Part shown: piece after piece, positions 46,603 through 59,556 of the stretch | How positions within the stretch are numbered: position 1 is the stretch's first letter | How the letters are laid out: the number at the start of each line of letters is the position of its first letter | From: Paraspadella gotoi | Taxonomy: Eukaryota > Animalia > Chaetognatha | NCBI GenBank assembly: GCA_051294375.1 | Contig: CM119264.1 | Location: forward strand, 25,484,051-25,548,050 | Length of the DNA: 64,000 bases | Direction of reading: 5' to 3' | Notes under the pieces: model-generated | The model's database searches: none | Told to the model about the DNA's origin: nothing | The model's input: the letters and a program-made list of their open reading frames with translations, nothing else | Program-made: the position numbers and the translations under genes

Positions 46603-47413
46603 AGACGACGACGGCGACGACGACGACGACGTTGACCGCAATTGACAAATTAATTACGGTCATTACTACTTCTGTTTTGCTTAATTTCTAGAGGTTAACT
46701 TCTCAGTTAAAATACGAACGAATTCATCTTGTAAAATTCATTACTACGACGATAATTAGTACAAATGTAACTAGGGCGTTTTCAGAGTCAAGAACTTCTA
46801 ATAGTCTAGAACTTCCCGCTGAAGCATAGGGCAGCTTTCGGTCAGATTTTAAATATTGAATCATTACTTTGTTGACAAACATACTTTTCTCAACAACTTC
46901 TTTTTTCCTTCTCTCAATCCTTGGGACTTTTACGGTTCCTTTGAGATTCCGTTCTTCGCTCCTTCTCTTCGCCTCGGAAAAAAAAAAGAGGTTAGGTCGA
47001 ACTGTGCTTGGTCGTNNNNNNNNNNAAGCTGGAAACTTTATACTTTTTCTTCTTAGATTACCATTGCTGAATTACCATTGCATCAATTATGCAATACCAG
47101 GGTTTAGTTATTTTAACGAAACCAAATTTCTCTGAATATCTGTCTCCACCACAACAACCGATGGTCTCGCGTTCGTGAAACGACCAAATCTGAGTGTCAC
47201 GCTTCACACCCTTTTGTCGTTCAAGCTTTACTGTGATTCGTCAATTCGTGGTTACCCACGAGGTTATTGGTTTGCCGTTTAAATTAAAAGGACCTAATTT
47301 CAAGTTTAATGTTAAATGAGATATTCTGTTTTCTTTATTTTGACTTTTTTGTCGTCGGTTGATTTAATGAGACTAATTTCGAGTGTTTTGGTTCGGTAAT
47401 GAGAGGAGAAAAA

Positions 47414-47460
<47 letters not shown>

Positions 47461-49798
47461 AAAAAAAAACCAAGAATAAATTTAGAGTTATAACAGATCT
47501 GAAAAAATAGCAAAGATAACAATTTTTTTATATAAATTAAATTCCGGTTTTTATATTTACTGCGGTAGGCAAACAGACAGAAAGACATAACGTATTCCGT
47601 CGGGTGTCGACCGAACAGGAGACCAAAAAAAAAAAAAGAATAAAGAAAAAATAAAGAAAAAAAAAAAAAAAACTGGCGAATCGGATTCTCTCTCCTCCAT
47701 AAACGGTTTTATATTAAAATAAGGCCGACCAAACCGTCGCCTTTATTGCCGAAGCGTCGAAGGGCAGGGGAGCATGGAGGGCATGGACAGGAGAGAAGCA
47801 TGGAAACGCGAGCTGGAGGGGGGGGATGGAAGGGGGACGGATAGTGAGAGACTTAGAATTGGGAAATGTTCGAGGCCAGGGTAGGTAGAGAAAAGAAAGG
47901 GTTGTTGGGGTAGAGAGAGATATTTCCAAATGTTTTGGGAAACTGGAGAAATAAAGAGAGAGAAAAAAGAAACGGGTTTGAATACTTGACGGATGGAAAC
48001 GCCGAGGACATGATGGCGACGATTTTGAGTGGAGCTGGAAACGGTGGCAGTGATGACAATGATGGCAATTGGTGAGGTGAGGCTGGAATCAAACGGAAAA
48101 CGTGTCAGATGAAAAAACCATAGCGAAAGAGGATTGAAAAAAATTGAAATTAAAAAATAAGGAGAAAAATATATAATGACTTTATTAATGTTATTTTTAA
48201 ACTGAAATAACAAAAATTTGATCAGAATTAAGTTTGACGGAACAAAAGTTATTTAAACTAAAATAGTTTGGTTAAAACGAAATCTAATTGAAAACCGTCT
48301 ATTGAAAAAAAAGGAAACAAAAAAAAAAAAACCAAAAAATAAATAAAAAAAAGAAAATAAAAAAGTAGAATAATGAAATCATTGTTTCCTTTTCCATAGG
48401 CTACACAAAACAGGGCAACCAAAGGCAAAAACATAAGGCAAAAACAGAAAACACTAGGGAAAACAAACGTTTTCGCCGAAAGGTTTTAAAAAACGACCGA
48501 ACAAACGACTTCACACAGAGAGAGATGAGGATTGCGAGGAGAGAGAGAGAAGAGAGAGAGAGAGAAGAGAGAAGAGAGAGAGAGATCGATGATGATAGAG
48601 AGAGAGAGAGAGAGAGATAAAGAAAGTTGAAAATCCTCCTTCTATTGTCGCAAAGATCAAAGGAGATTGAATTCCAATTTCGGGTGCCCCACCTCGCGCT
48701 GCGCTGTTCCGCTGGGAATCGAAACTTGCTGCTTTGATCCTCATGTCGCAAACATGACAGCGTAGCATTTAAAGGCGGGAAGATGCCGAGGATTGTTCTT
48801 TAAAAGTGCTTGTTACATAAATGTCATTTCTAAAATAAAGTTCAAGAAAAATAAGTAAAAAAATAAGAATTAAATCAACATTAAACAGAGTAAGTTAAGA
48901 AAGTTGGCGTCAGACAGAAAAAGTCACAAAAAAGTTTTAATTTTTTCCCGCCATAAATGACTACGCACAGTCGCACACCATAAACCACATAAATGCCATA
49001 AACGCCATAAACATAAAAAAAAGGGTTTTTCTCAGCGTCCTGCGCTCGACCCGTTCGTTTTCGTTTATGAGCTCGTCGCTTCCGGTAAACAAACTACGAC
49101 AACAACAACGACGACAACAACAACCAAGAAGCAAAAAAAAAAAGGAGAAGGTGGTACAAGGAAGAAAAAAAAGGTTAAAAACAAAAGGAGGAGGAATAAA
49201 CAAACGATAAACAGGAGGAAAGAAGACGTTATAGATGTCGCCTCATCTGGTCTCGTCTGCGGCCGCGAGAGGCCATTTATCACTTCATTTCTCCTTATTT
49301 TTTTGTTGTTGTCGTTGTCGTTGTTTTCTCGTTTCGTTTCAAGTTTCATTTCTCAATTTATCTTTTTTGATATTTTATTTAAAAAAAAAAATTCGCTTCG
49401 TTTTTATTTATTTCTTTTTTACAGTTTCGTTTAAGTATTAATAGTTTTAATATTTAACGATCTATCACGAATAATTAATTAATTTTAGGCGAACGACTGC
49501 ACAGAGAACACGACCTTTCCGCAGTGCAATGGAGTTAGCACCTGCACCGTCGCAGTTGCTAGGTCCAACCTCGGCAAGTTTACATGCGGTCTTCAAGCGC
49601 ACGATTATTTGCAGGTTCACTACAGGTGAGAATTCGGCTCATCTTTCTAAATACCGTGAATTTTGTTAGCAATGATTTTCCCTTTACACTGCCATTGTTA
49701 TCGCACAATGGAACTAAAATATTTTACTATTACGTATAAATCTAAAAATAATTCAGCAATTTTTTGTGGCTCTTGTGACAACCAATTCGACACTCACT

Positions 49799-49835
<37 letters not shown>

Positions 49836-50078
49836 ACGACGAAAACGAAGACCACCCCCGACGACGACAGACGACGCAACGGACTGCCGACGAACGAAAA
49901 GCGAGAGACGACGAACGACACATGCGAGAGACACCCCGACGACCGACGACGACGACCGAAAACGAAGACACTCCGGAGCGCCGAACGAAACGAAGACACT
50001 CAGACGACGACATACGACGACACACCGACAGAAGACACCCCGACGACGACGATCGACACGAAAACGAACGACACTGAC

Positions 50079-50109
<31 letters not shown>

Positions 50110-51113
50110 TCCGACGACGACGAAAACGAGACACTGCCGACGAAAACGAAGACAACTGCCGACGACGACGAAAAAGGGAAAATACTACTCCTCAAAAGGT
50201 TTCTTTTCCCGAACCGATAACGGATGTCCTATCGATTCCTTGTCTCTGCTTAGAGAAAAAGGTTTTCCCTTGAAACCAGAAAAAAAACGATTCTGCCTTC
50301 AACAAGAGGAACAAGAATAAACGCTGAACACCGTGCGCTAATCAATTCTGAATTAATAAAAGTTGAAGGTCATAACGAAATTTATATTAGCCGAAAAAAA
50401 TTAGGCGTCAGTTTTACGATTTTTTTTTCCTCGATCGAAGTTAATTAGATAAAGCTGGATGACGTCAGGAAACGCCGACGTTGAAACATGACCTTGGACA
50501 AGACACCCACGTTGTATAATTTCGCCCACCCTTCGTCAACTCATCAACTTAGTAGCAAATTGTGGAGACATACATGTGACATGATGACAAGGGGGAAAAT
50601 TTTATTCAGCATTGTTGTTCAATCGCGTTTTTAGTATCCGGAGGACAGACGCCTTACAAAGGTCATCTTAGTCGCCCCGATTCTCTTTCTCTCTCTCTCT
50701 CTCTTATTCTGGTTATCGTTCCTTGAATTCACCTGTTGTTGACCCCTTATCATTTTCGTTCAATGTGACCTTTCTCCCACTTTTCGTTTGTCAAGTTTGG
50801 AGGTGGGAAGGTTTCTGTGCGATGAGCCGATGACATCGCAATTTTTTCTCCTTTAAACTGAAAATATATATCGGCGACTGAAAGATTAGATTTTCTCTTC
50901 ATGTTTTTTTTTTTCTTGAGCCACTGAATTCTGTCACGCGAATTTCTTTTTTTTTCTATTTTCTTTCTATGTTCTTTTGTCATCTGACTTCATGTCTGCC
51001 CTGTCGTTCGCATCTAAAAGCGACCTCCGGCGAGGAAAAACTGTTATCGTTTTCTTTCTTTTCTTTATCCAACTTGCGTGAGAGGTGGAAAGGTCTCTCT
51101 CTCCTGTTTCTGT

Positions 51114-51181
<68 letters not shown>

Positions 51182-51195
51182 CACTCTCTCTCTCC

Positions 51196-51243
<48 letters not shown>

Positions 51244-52694
51244 CAAAGAAAAAAAAGTTAAGGCGGTTAATTCGCTCCAAAGTTAATGATGGGGAAGCGA
51301 CGTTAGAACTGGAGTCGACGACATTTCTCTCATCGAGAGGAAAGAAAGTGGAACTGGAAGAAGGGGGGGAGAGAAGGCGGAGATGGAGTTAAGGGCGGAG
51401 AATCGCAGAGCAGTGGAGTTTGAGAACAAAAAGAGTGTTGAAGAACCGAAAGAGAATAACAGGGATCTGAAGTTAAAGTAAAACGAAGAGCTTATCATTT
51501 CAAAGCCTTAAGGAGCGTAAGGAGAGGGATAAGCTGGTGATAAGAAGCAGAAAACCTGGTATTTGGATGGAAAAAAGTACAACTTGTCATAAAAAGAAAC
51601 GGATCTAGACATGCCATCGAAAGATTTATTCTATTTTAAAGAATAGTTAGTTTTCTGAAACTTATCATAATCTTCAAAAAACAGTCATATAACCGTACTA
51701 CCTATTAAACATATTTTAAATATATAAAAACAAAGACAACGTGAACTACGACGTTCCTGCACCTCCACCAAAAAAAAAGAAAAAAAAAGGAAATTCTGTG
51801 AAATCACGGCATTCACGTTTGCGACCAGAAATGAGTCGGAAAAAGTTTTCCTCCACCGAATTTCTCAATTGAGCGAAAGCATCGCAGTTTCCCAGCCAAA
51901 ACTCCACCTGTACCCCTTGGCTGCTGCTCCGATTCCGTAAGCCGCTTCTGCTGTCTCGTTCGCTGCTCTCCCAGTTTCATTAGCTGCTCCCTCAGTCTTA
52001 TTATCAGCTCCACCAGTCTCATTCGCTTCTCTCTCGGAACCTTGGAGCCGCTCACCCTGTCTCATGAGCGGCGTGAGTCTCTCCCCCAGTCTCACTCTCA
52101 TTGGCAGAAAAAATTGTCAACTATTCAACATTTTCATTTATTCAATCATTACATCATTCGTTACAGGTGCATCCCTGATTCATTCGGAGCCACAACAACA
52201 ACAACTTCTGGAAATGCCGAAGTTGTTCCCAACAGCCTCGACGACGACGACGACGACGACGTCGACAACATCATCAACGACGACGACGAAGAAGGTCTCT
52301 CAGCCTCCACCCTCCGACCGCCCACCGTCTCGTGGATCGTTCCCACCATCGTCATCGAGACCAACCCCACCACCGCTGCCACGACCACCCGTCCCGCAGC
52401 GGGCGCCCTACCCGCAGCGGCCGTCGACGAGCCGCGCCAGCCGCCGCAGAACCTGACCTTCCCCCACGCGCCGGCCCATCATCTGGTGGAGGACGTGGAT
52501 TCCCTGCCCTCGCCCCACGTGGCCTCTCATCATCGCTCCTCCTCCTCTTCCTCTTCCTCCCCCGCCTCCCTCTTCCTCGTCCTCGCCATCCTCTTAGGCG
52601 TCGCCCTCTTCGTCCTCCTCGTCATGATCGTCGTCGTCGTCGTCCTCAAACGACGATTCGCCGAAGTCCCTTACGACGATCTCCCGGTGAGGGA

Positions 52695-52781
<87 letters not shown>

Positions 52782-55700
52782 GTGATTGATTGATGATGAT
52801 GATGATGTTGTTGTTGTTATTCAATTTTTTTTAAAAATTAAACTGAAAGGAAATCTCAATTCATCTCCAGCTCTCTGTCTCTCTCTCTCTCTCTTCTCTC
52901 TCTTCTTCTCTTCCTCTCCTCCTCTCTCATCCTCTCTCTCTCTCTCTCTCTCTCTCGCTCTCACATCTTACCCCATGCTCAAAACCGACTGACCACCCTA
53001 AACCGACTTACCGACCACCTTAGGCCCAATGACCTACCACTCAAGACCGAGAGATCGCTCTGTTGAACTTTGAAATTTGAATGTCGCAATTGTATCATAT
53101 TATTGAATATTTTTTTCTTTTTTTACTCATGTGGTATCCAAGTCAGCTTATTTCGTATTTTGTAAAATTATAGTATTATATAAGTTTCAATATTTCAAAA
53201 TCGTTAATTCTGAAAATAGATTTAGATTCCCTAAAAATTATGTCATTAAGTTGGAAAAATTGCAAATAACTATATTCTTAAACAGCAAAATACAAAACTG
53301 TGTATTAAACTATTTATTGAAAGATTTTTTAAAATTGAATTATAGCCTCTTTTTTGTAACTCCCTTCCTCGCATAATAAAACTATGAAATTGGTACAACC
53401 AATATAAAAATTATCCATTCATTTAATAAATATATTATATTATAATATATTATAATATATACTATATTATACGACGTCAAACTCATCTAAGCTACAGCTT
53501 CAGTTATTTTTCTCTCTAAACTACTTTTCCTCAAATACCAATTTATCTGCGTTTTAGATCGCAAAAATGCGAGCTTCTTCCCTGCGGTCCTGTATTGGTT
53601 GGCCTTGACCAATCGACGACGAAAGTTTCGAGAAAATATTTTTACCTTCCCGCGTTTTTATAATTGCGTAATGGTTTTATTTTCATGCACGAATTCTATT
53701 TAGTTTTTATCTGGTTTTTATCTGATTTTTTCGTGCCTTTTTTGATTCAATATGTTAATTGACGCTAACCTTAGGATTCTTGGCCGGAATATAAATTCTA
53801 GTCAGCGCAAGATCGGACAAACTAAGCTTTCATTTCACTTTCGAATGCTTTATCATACTTTAATTACAATATCGACGTCGTTGTTTATGTCATACCTTTC
53901 TTCTTGAATGAAGATTTTGTGACTGAGGAAGTGACCGACGAAACGAACACGTAAGCTAAACTGGTCTTTTTTTTCGGATTAGCTTATCAACATATCCCGA
54001 CTCTATAATCCACTTTGTCAGTCCGTCGGTCCGCCCTCTCAATCTTGTCGGGCATTCATTTAAAACATGTCAGAACATCAAATTATGATAAATTATTTAA
54101 AAAAATGTTTGTCCGTCCGTCTCTCTGTCCGTCCATCTGTCCGTCCCACCTTAGCAAGAAACTCCAATTATTGGAGATCAAATTAATTAATTATTTGATT
54201 AATTAATTAACTTGAAATAATTAATAATTAATCAATTAATTAATTACCTCTAATGATCGTGGGCAGATCCGACATTGTTTACTCAAACTTGTTTTTCTCT
54301 CTCGCTCTCTCTCTCTACCGGTTTTCTCTCATTGACACACAATTAAGAGCTGATCCCTTTCAACTGTTCCTAATATTTGAATAGTACCATCATGGAACAA
54401 AAACGGAGCCGTCGGATTATTAAATTTATTTGCATTTTGATCTTTACGCTAGCGTCTTTTTACTTTTACTCAACATCAATTGAAAATTCAATTTTGAGAA
54501 ACATTTTAAACGAAGATGCGACTGAGCCGGTCCCGTTATGTGGCTGTAAAAATTTGAAAAGTTTCAAAGAAACTCCGCCGGAAAATCGGTCGACCTGCGG
54601 ACTCTCGGCCACCGAGCGTGGGCCAGGTCAAAACATCATATCATATTCTTTTTACGGACCAATGGAGAACTTTTATTTCAGTGGAATTAAAGACAACGTG
54701 AGGCATGTCAAGCAAATGTATCCTGGATATGTCATGCGTCTTTACATGAGTTGGAAAGAGGCGTCGATAAATGAAACTATTCTGTTGTGCGACCTTTTTT
54801 GTGAGGAGTCCATTTTGGACATTTGCGACGTCAATTCCATCAGTAAGTGTGGATAACCGAATTCTAGTGAACACGCTTTTTTTAATAAAACAATTTTTTT
54901 TTGTTAATAATACTTTTTTTTGTTTAGCCCAATATCCCCTGCTAAAACATAAATTCGGAATGGTTTGGCGATTCACACCAATGGCGGATCCACTGTGTTC
55001 ACAGTTCCACAGTCGTGATTTAGATAATGATATTATTTCAAGAGAAGTGGCCGCTGTCAAAGAATGGAATGCAACTAACTATTCATTTCACGTAATGAGA
55101 GACAACCCATCTCACACCACTGAGATTTTAGGCGGCATGTTTGGCATAAAGATGACTGTCAAAAACAGAAAAATAGTAAAAACCTCGTTTGAAAAGATGT
55201 TAGATTATGTTGGAATTTGGAAATACAAAAGACTTGACCAGGTATGGTATGGTTTCTTTTATAATATTTTAAATATAAAGAGTAAATATTTAAATTTAAA
55301 TTTGATCGGATAATCTTCTAAAGATCCTTTTATGTGACATGTCCAAATGAAAGCGAGAGAAAAGCAAAAAAGTTTCTTTACTTTCCCTAAATCTTCATTT
55401 TTTTTCTCGATGAAACCAGAACAACTCGGGCATGACAATTGATTTATTCACTTCCGAATTCTTGTTTTCAGAATGCTCTTTCAAACGTTCTCTGGCCCAT
55501 CGCAAAAAACGACATGGTCGCTCACGACAGCTACACTTGTCACAAGTACAGAAACGAACTGAATCGACCCTGGCCAACTCAGCGAGTTCCTTATTCATTC
55601 CTTATTCATTCAAACGAGACGAACATGGTTGGCTCTAAAGAGACGATTTCCTTGGATGTCCATGGAGAATGTCCTATAGAATGTCGACCGAAGGATCATC

Positions 55701-57181
55701 CTGAATGGATAATGTGTTAAGAAGCCGCAGAATGATCTGATCTTTCTAGATAGGAAATCAGGATAGAGGCTCACCCTACCGCCAGAACCTTTCTCTCCCC
55801 CGGGCCTTCTCTTCCCCCTCTCAAGACTCAACGCCTCGTTCTCCCCTTCTCTTCAGTCTCGGATCGGAGTCTTGGAGATCGACAACAACTTCTCCTCTCG
55901 GTCTCGGGTCTATAAACCTTCCCTCTCCCTTCTCCCCCTTTTATGTACCCTTGATACCCTTTGTTATACCCGTTTTCCTATCTCCATTACATACTTACCC
56001 TACTTACCTCTTTTCCTGATGAGAGACTAATCAGAACCTACCTTTAGCCAGATACCCAATTTACCCATCTTCCCAGGAAATATTTATTGAAGGTAAATTT
56101 AGCCTTGCACTTTACAAACAAGCGTTATTTAATAAATTTCCCTTAAAAAATACTAAATACATCCGACCGATTGTTTTATTGACTTTATCCTGTTGTTTAT
56201 TATGATTTTAGTTGATTTTTATTGTCACGATATTTTTTATTCTTCTTCTTGATTTAGTACTTTTATAGTTTTTAATCAGATAAAAAATGATGATAATTTA
56301 TAACATTTTATATAAATTTTATTACTTTTTTACGCATTTTTACACATCAGAAATAAAGTTATGTGAACTTGATGTTTCATTGTTTGGATGCTGTTTCTAT
56401 TTCTATTAATATTAATTTACACATCTTCACAAATTATTATAAAAATTAATGATTGAATGAATGAATGATTGATTGATTGAATGAATGAATGATGATTGAA
56501 TGAATAAATGATTAAATAAATAAATGAATGAATGAATGAATGAATGAAATAATAACCAAACCTCTCATTCAGGTCAAAACGAACGAGACGACTTCCTTCG
56601 TCCCTCACTCTGTCTACGTCTTCGAGAAAAAATCGCTAGAGGCGCTGGCGGCTGAGAACAGCGTCGCGGCGCTCAAGGGAGCGTTGGCGGGAGGCAAGAT
56701 GGCGCTCGGGGGCGGCGCCACTAGGAGCGAGTCGCGCAAGGAGCTCGTGCTAGACATGGTAGTGGAAACGGAGAAAAACTCGGAGAGCGGCCTCGGCGTC
56801 GGTGGAAACGAAAACGACGCCGATAAATCTGGCGTCGTCGTTGCCACGTCTTCAAGCATCGGCATCGACGCCGACGTATCTGCCGGAAACCCGCGCTACG
56901 AGCGCCAACCCTCGGCGCTGACGACGGCTTCCGGCGTCATGAACGCCTCCATGACCTCGTCGATGATGGCGCGAAACGACGCCGAACACATTTACGAGGC
57001 GCTCGAACTCGATCACTACGAAAACTGCGCCGCCGCTAAACTGAGAACGCGCGCCGACGCCGAAGTTGGCGAAGTCGGCGGCGACGGCGGCGAGGGCGGC
57101 GCCGTTGCGGACGAGCGGCCGCCGCTGCCTCCCCTGCCGGATACGCTGCCGAGACGAAAACCCAACGCCGATTCCTTGTGA
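45156..57181 (+). CDS. Type I single-pass membrane receptor with one SUEL (Gal_lectin/rhamnose-binding-lectin-type) domain; first exon not found
   Basis: Exons 45156-45325, 49489-49625, 52167-52686 and 56573-57181 all have AG/GT boundaries with matching phases (0, 2, 0). The spliced product is ..VILASLANDGAAEMASRCSKWHRTRYLTLGCEFPNLIRIDGAFYGFSARERNCFYQ|ANDCTENTTFPQCNGVSTCTVAVARSNLGKFTCGLQAHDYLQVHYR|CIPD.. with 8 Cys in SUEL spacing (LxLxC..IxIxxAxYG..CxG..C..YLxVxYxC). It continues with an acidic/T/P-rich stalk, the TM segment LFLVLAILLGVALFVLLVMIVVVVVL-KRR and a ~215-aa cytoplasmic tail. Confidence 0.85.
52696..52790. repeat. (GATT)n microsatellite just after a splice donor
   Basis: Directly visible. 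Confidence 0.95.
53590..54384 (+). promoter_or_regulatory. Putative promoter, non-coding first exon and 5'UTR intron of the nested gene
   Basis: Opposed CCAAT boxes (attgg ~53594, ccaat ~53609) in a small CpG-rich patch; GTAAGC donor at 53951; TAG acceptor at 54382-54384, seven bases before ATG 54392. Confidence 0.35.
54392..55720 (+). CDS. Type II membrane glycosyltransferase-like protein of an uncharacterised family (~337 aa, 3 coding exons), nested in an intron
   Basis: Exons 54392-54842 (GTAAGT), 54928-55241 (GTATGG) and 55472-55720. Phases 1 and 0 match and the total of 1014 nt is in frame. The protein has a short basic N-terminal tail, a TM segment (IIKFICILIFTLASFYFY), then the motifs ISYSFYG, YPGYVMRLY, GMVWRF, SRDLD (DxD), REVAAVKEW, FHVMRDNPSH..ILGGMFG, DQ..L...LWP, AHDSYTC and CPIECRPKDHPEW. 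Confidence 0.9.
55715..56116. mobile_element. Possible solo LTR (~400 bp)
   Basis: Begins TGTTAAG and ends CTTTACA (near-inverted TG..CA termini). It is C-rich against AT-rich flanks and has an internal TATAAA at ~55911. A short piece resembles 2910-2936 in reverse. There is no clean TSD. Confidence 0.35.
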
Positions 57182-58784
57182 GATAAGATCATTCCGATCG
57201 AGGGATTTATAGGACGGTGATTGGTCGATCGCGAGTTGATGGTTCTCTTTTGATTGGTTCAATACAAAGATGGAAAATTTACAAATGTAAATTAATTTTT
57301 TTTTTTTTTTTTTTGAAAACAATTAAAATCTTTGTTATGTATGAACAGCACTTCTTTGCTAACTTGAGATTTCGTTCGTTTTATATTTTCTTTTAAGTTT
57401 CGAGGTTTATTTTCTTTACGCAAACTAACAAAAAATATATTTAATTTACAGCTGCCCTCACCATAATATATTTTGGAAATATCTAGAGTATAAATAATAA
57501 AAAAAATAAAAACTTTTCTCGAATAATTTCAAAGACAATTCAAAAAGGAAATTTTTTAAATTTTTACCCGAAACAATTAGTTTATAACTTATATAAACTA
57601 AAAATAAAAACAAATCATTTAGCTCTTTAAACTGAGCTTAAAATCGACTCGGCATTATATATGGAAATCAGTGCTATATTCCTTTGACACCTCATCACAG
57701 CATTTGTTAAACAAAAAGGTCGTTGAAACATGAATAAGTTTCTTTAAACTAACATATTTTTTCGCGAATTTTTATTTTTGCCCCCCCCTCAACCTCTACC
57801 TGGCGAAAAAATAACCGAGTAGCTTTATTTTAGCAGATTTTTTTTTCAATTTTACGCCCGTATCTTGCGTTACAACAAACCGTCGCTATTAATATTGCAT
57901 ATCAATCAATTGTGTGGTCGAAGTAAATCCGTTGATTAATAAAAATTAATTGTTCAACTCATTTGACACTAAGACATTTGAATTATGATTATGTTTGTCT
58001 TAATTTTTTAAACTTTTTTGACGTGCATGTTTGTCTCCTTGTTTAGTCATTTCTCTTACCTCAGTTTCGCTCCCCACCCGCCCCCCTTTCCCGCCCCCCC
58101 TTTCCCCCCACGAAATTAAAACTTAATAAAAGATTCGCTCCAACTGAGGGCTTTCATTAAAGATCACAAATTACCTTTATTTTTATTATACCGAGATATT
58201 ATTAATTGAACAAATGTAAATGACAATGAACATTTTTTTTTCACTTTCTGTAAATATAAATAAATTGTTACGAATCGTTTACGTTGCCAAATAAATTTTT
58301 TTCTCGTGAAATCGCGTTATTATTTTGCACTTAATGAAAGCTCGTCGTCATTATCGTCGTTGTTATCGTCGTCGTCGTTATCTGAGATCCACCCCACGAC
58401 GATTTCGTATTATTCACCTCTCAACTCATTAATTTCGCCTCACAAGAGATCATTCTCCCTTTTTCGTTCCACACGATTTTTCACTCGACGCGTCTTTTTA
58501 AGGAACGCGGCCCATTAGCGACTCACGCAACGCCATCTATATTCGCGGGGTGACTCTTAACCCATCTCACCTTTTGTCCGTCGTGTGATAATGATTTCGT
58601 GGTCAACTTCTTCCCATTTTAAAATTAGACTTTGTTGTCTTTCTCTCGTTTTCACTCAAATTCTTTCCTAAGTCTATTGCTTTTACACATCTTTCTTCTT
58701 TATCCCTTCTAATCCTCTATCCACGCCCTAACTTCTGCCGCCTGCTTTCCAAATTTCCTCTCTCTCTCTCTCTTCTCTCTCTCT

Positions 58785-58857
<73 letters not shown>

Positions 58858-59556
58858 CACCTTCGACCAGTAATGAGGTCTTCTCCGTCGTGAAGTGTCT
58901 TTCTTCGCCTCGCGTTGTTGTTTGGCGGTTGCCTTAGAAACGGCGTTCACCGGATTAGGGCTTTCCTTTACGTGTTATCTTGATGTTTGTTGTTCTGCAA
59001 TTTTAGCCAACGGCTACCATAGTGACGCCTTTGGTAAATTCAATTGGGAAAAAAACTCTCGAAACTATTTAAAGGAGCTTTTGCCGTTACGGATGAACGA
59101 TTTGAAGAACCCGAAAACGATTACAGTAAAAATATTCGAAGAAATTGCAAATCAAAGGGAAAGCCATTTTTAAAAATAAAACAACAGTTGGCACGACTTT
59201 ATATTGCGACAAAGAAAAAGAAAAACTAAAGAAAACGAGCGAATAACAAAATGCAGTCGTTAACAAATTGGCATTGAGAAAATCCTTCCGTTTAAAGGAA
59301 GCAAATTTTCAAAGAAGTAAAAAAAAAAAAGATTTAAGAAAAATTAAAGGCAATTAGCAATATTTAATTTTCAAAGGATGATTCGGAATTGAAAGATCAT
59401 TTAATGTTTGTTTCTAAGTCGCGCTGATCCTTCTTTTTCAAAAATAACAGAATGTCAAACATCGGTCCATCGTTCAGATTTACTCTCGTTCATCGGTCCA
59501 TTGTTCATTGTTCATTTGCCGTTCATCAGTTCATCAGTTATATAGCTCATTCTCGT

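Noticed and set aside
49795-50170. Arg/Thr/Asp-rich ORFs of 130-185 aa
   Set aside because: This is a garbled (GAC)n tract inside an intron, probably noisy read sequence.
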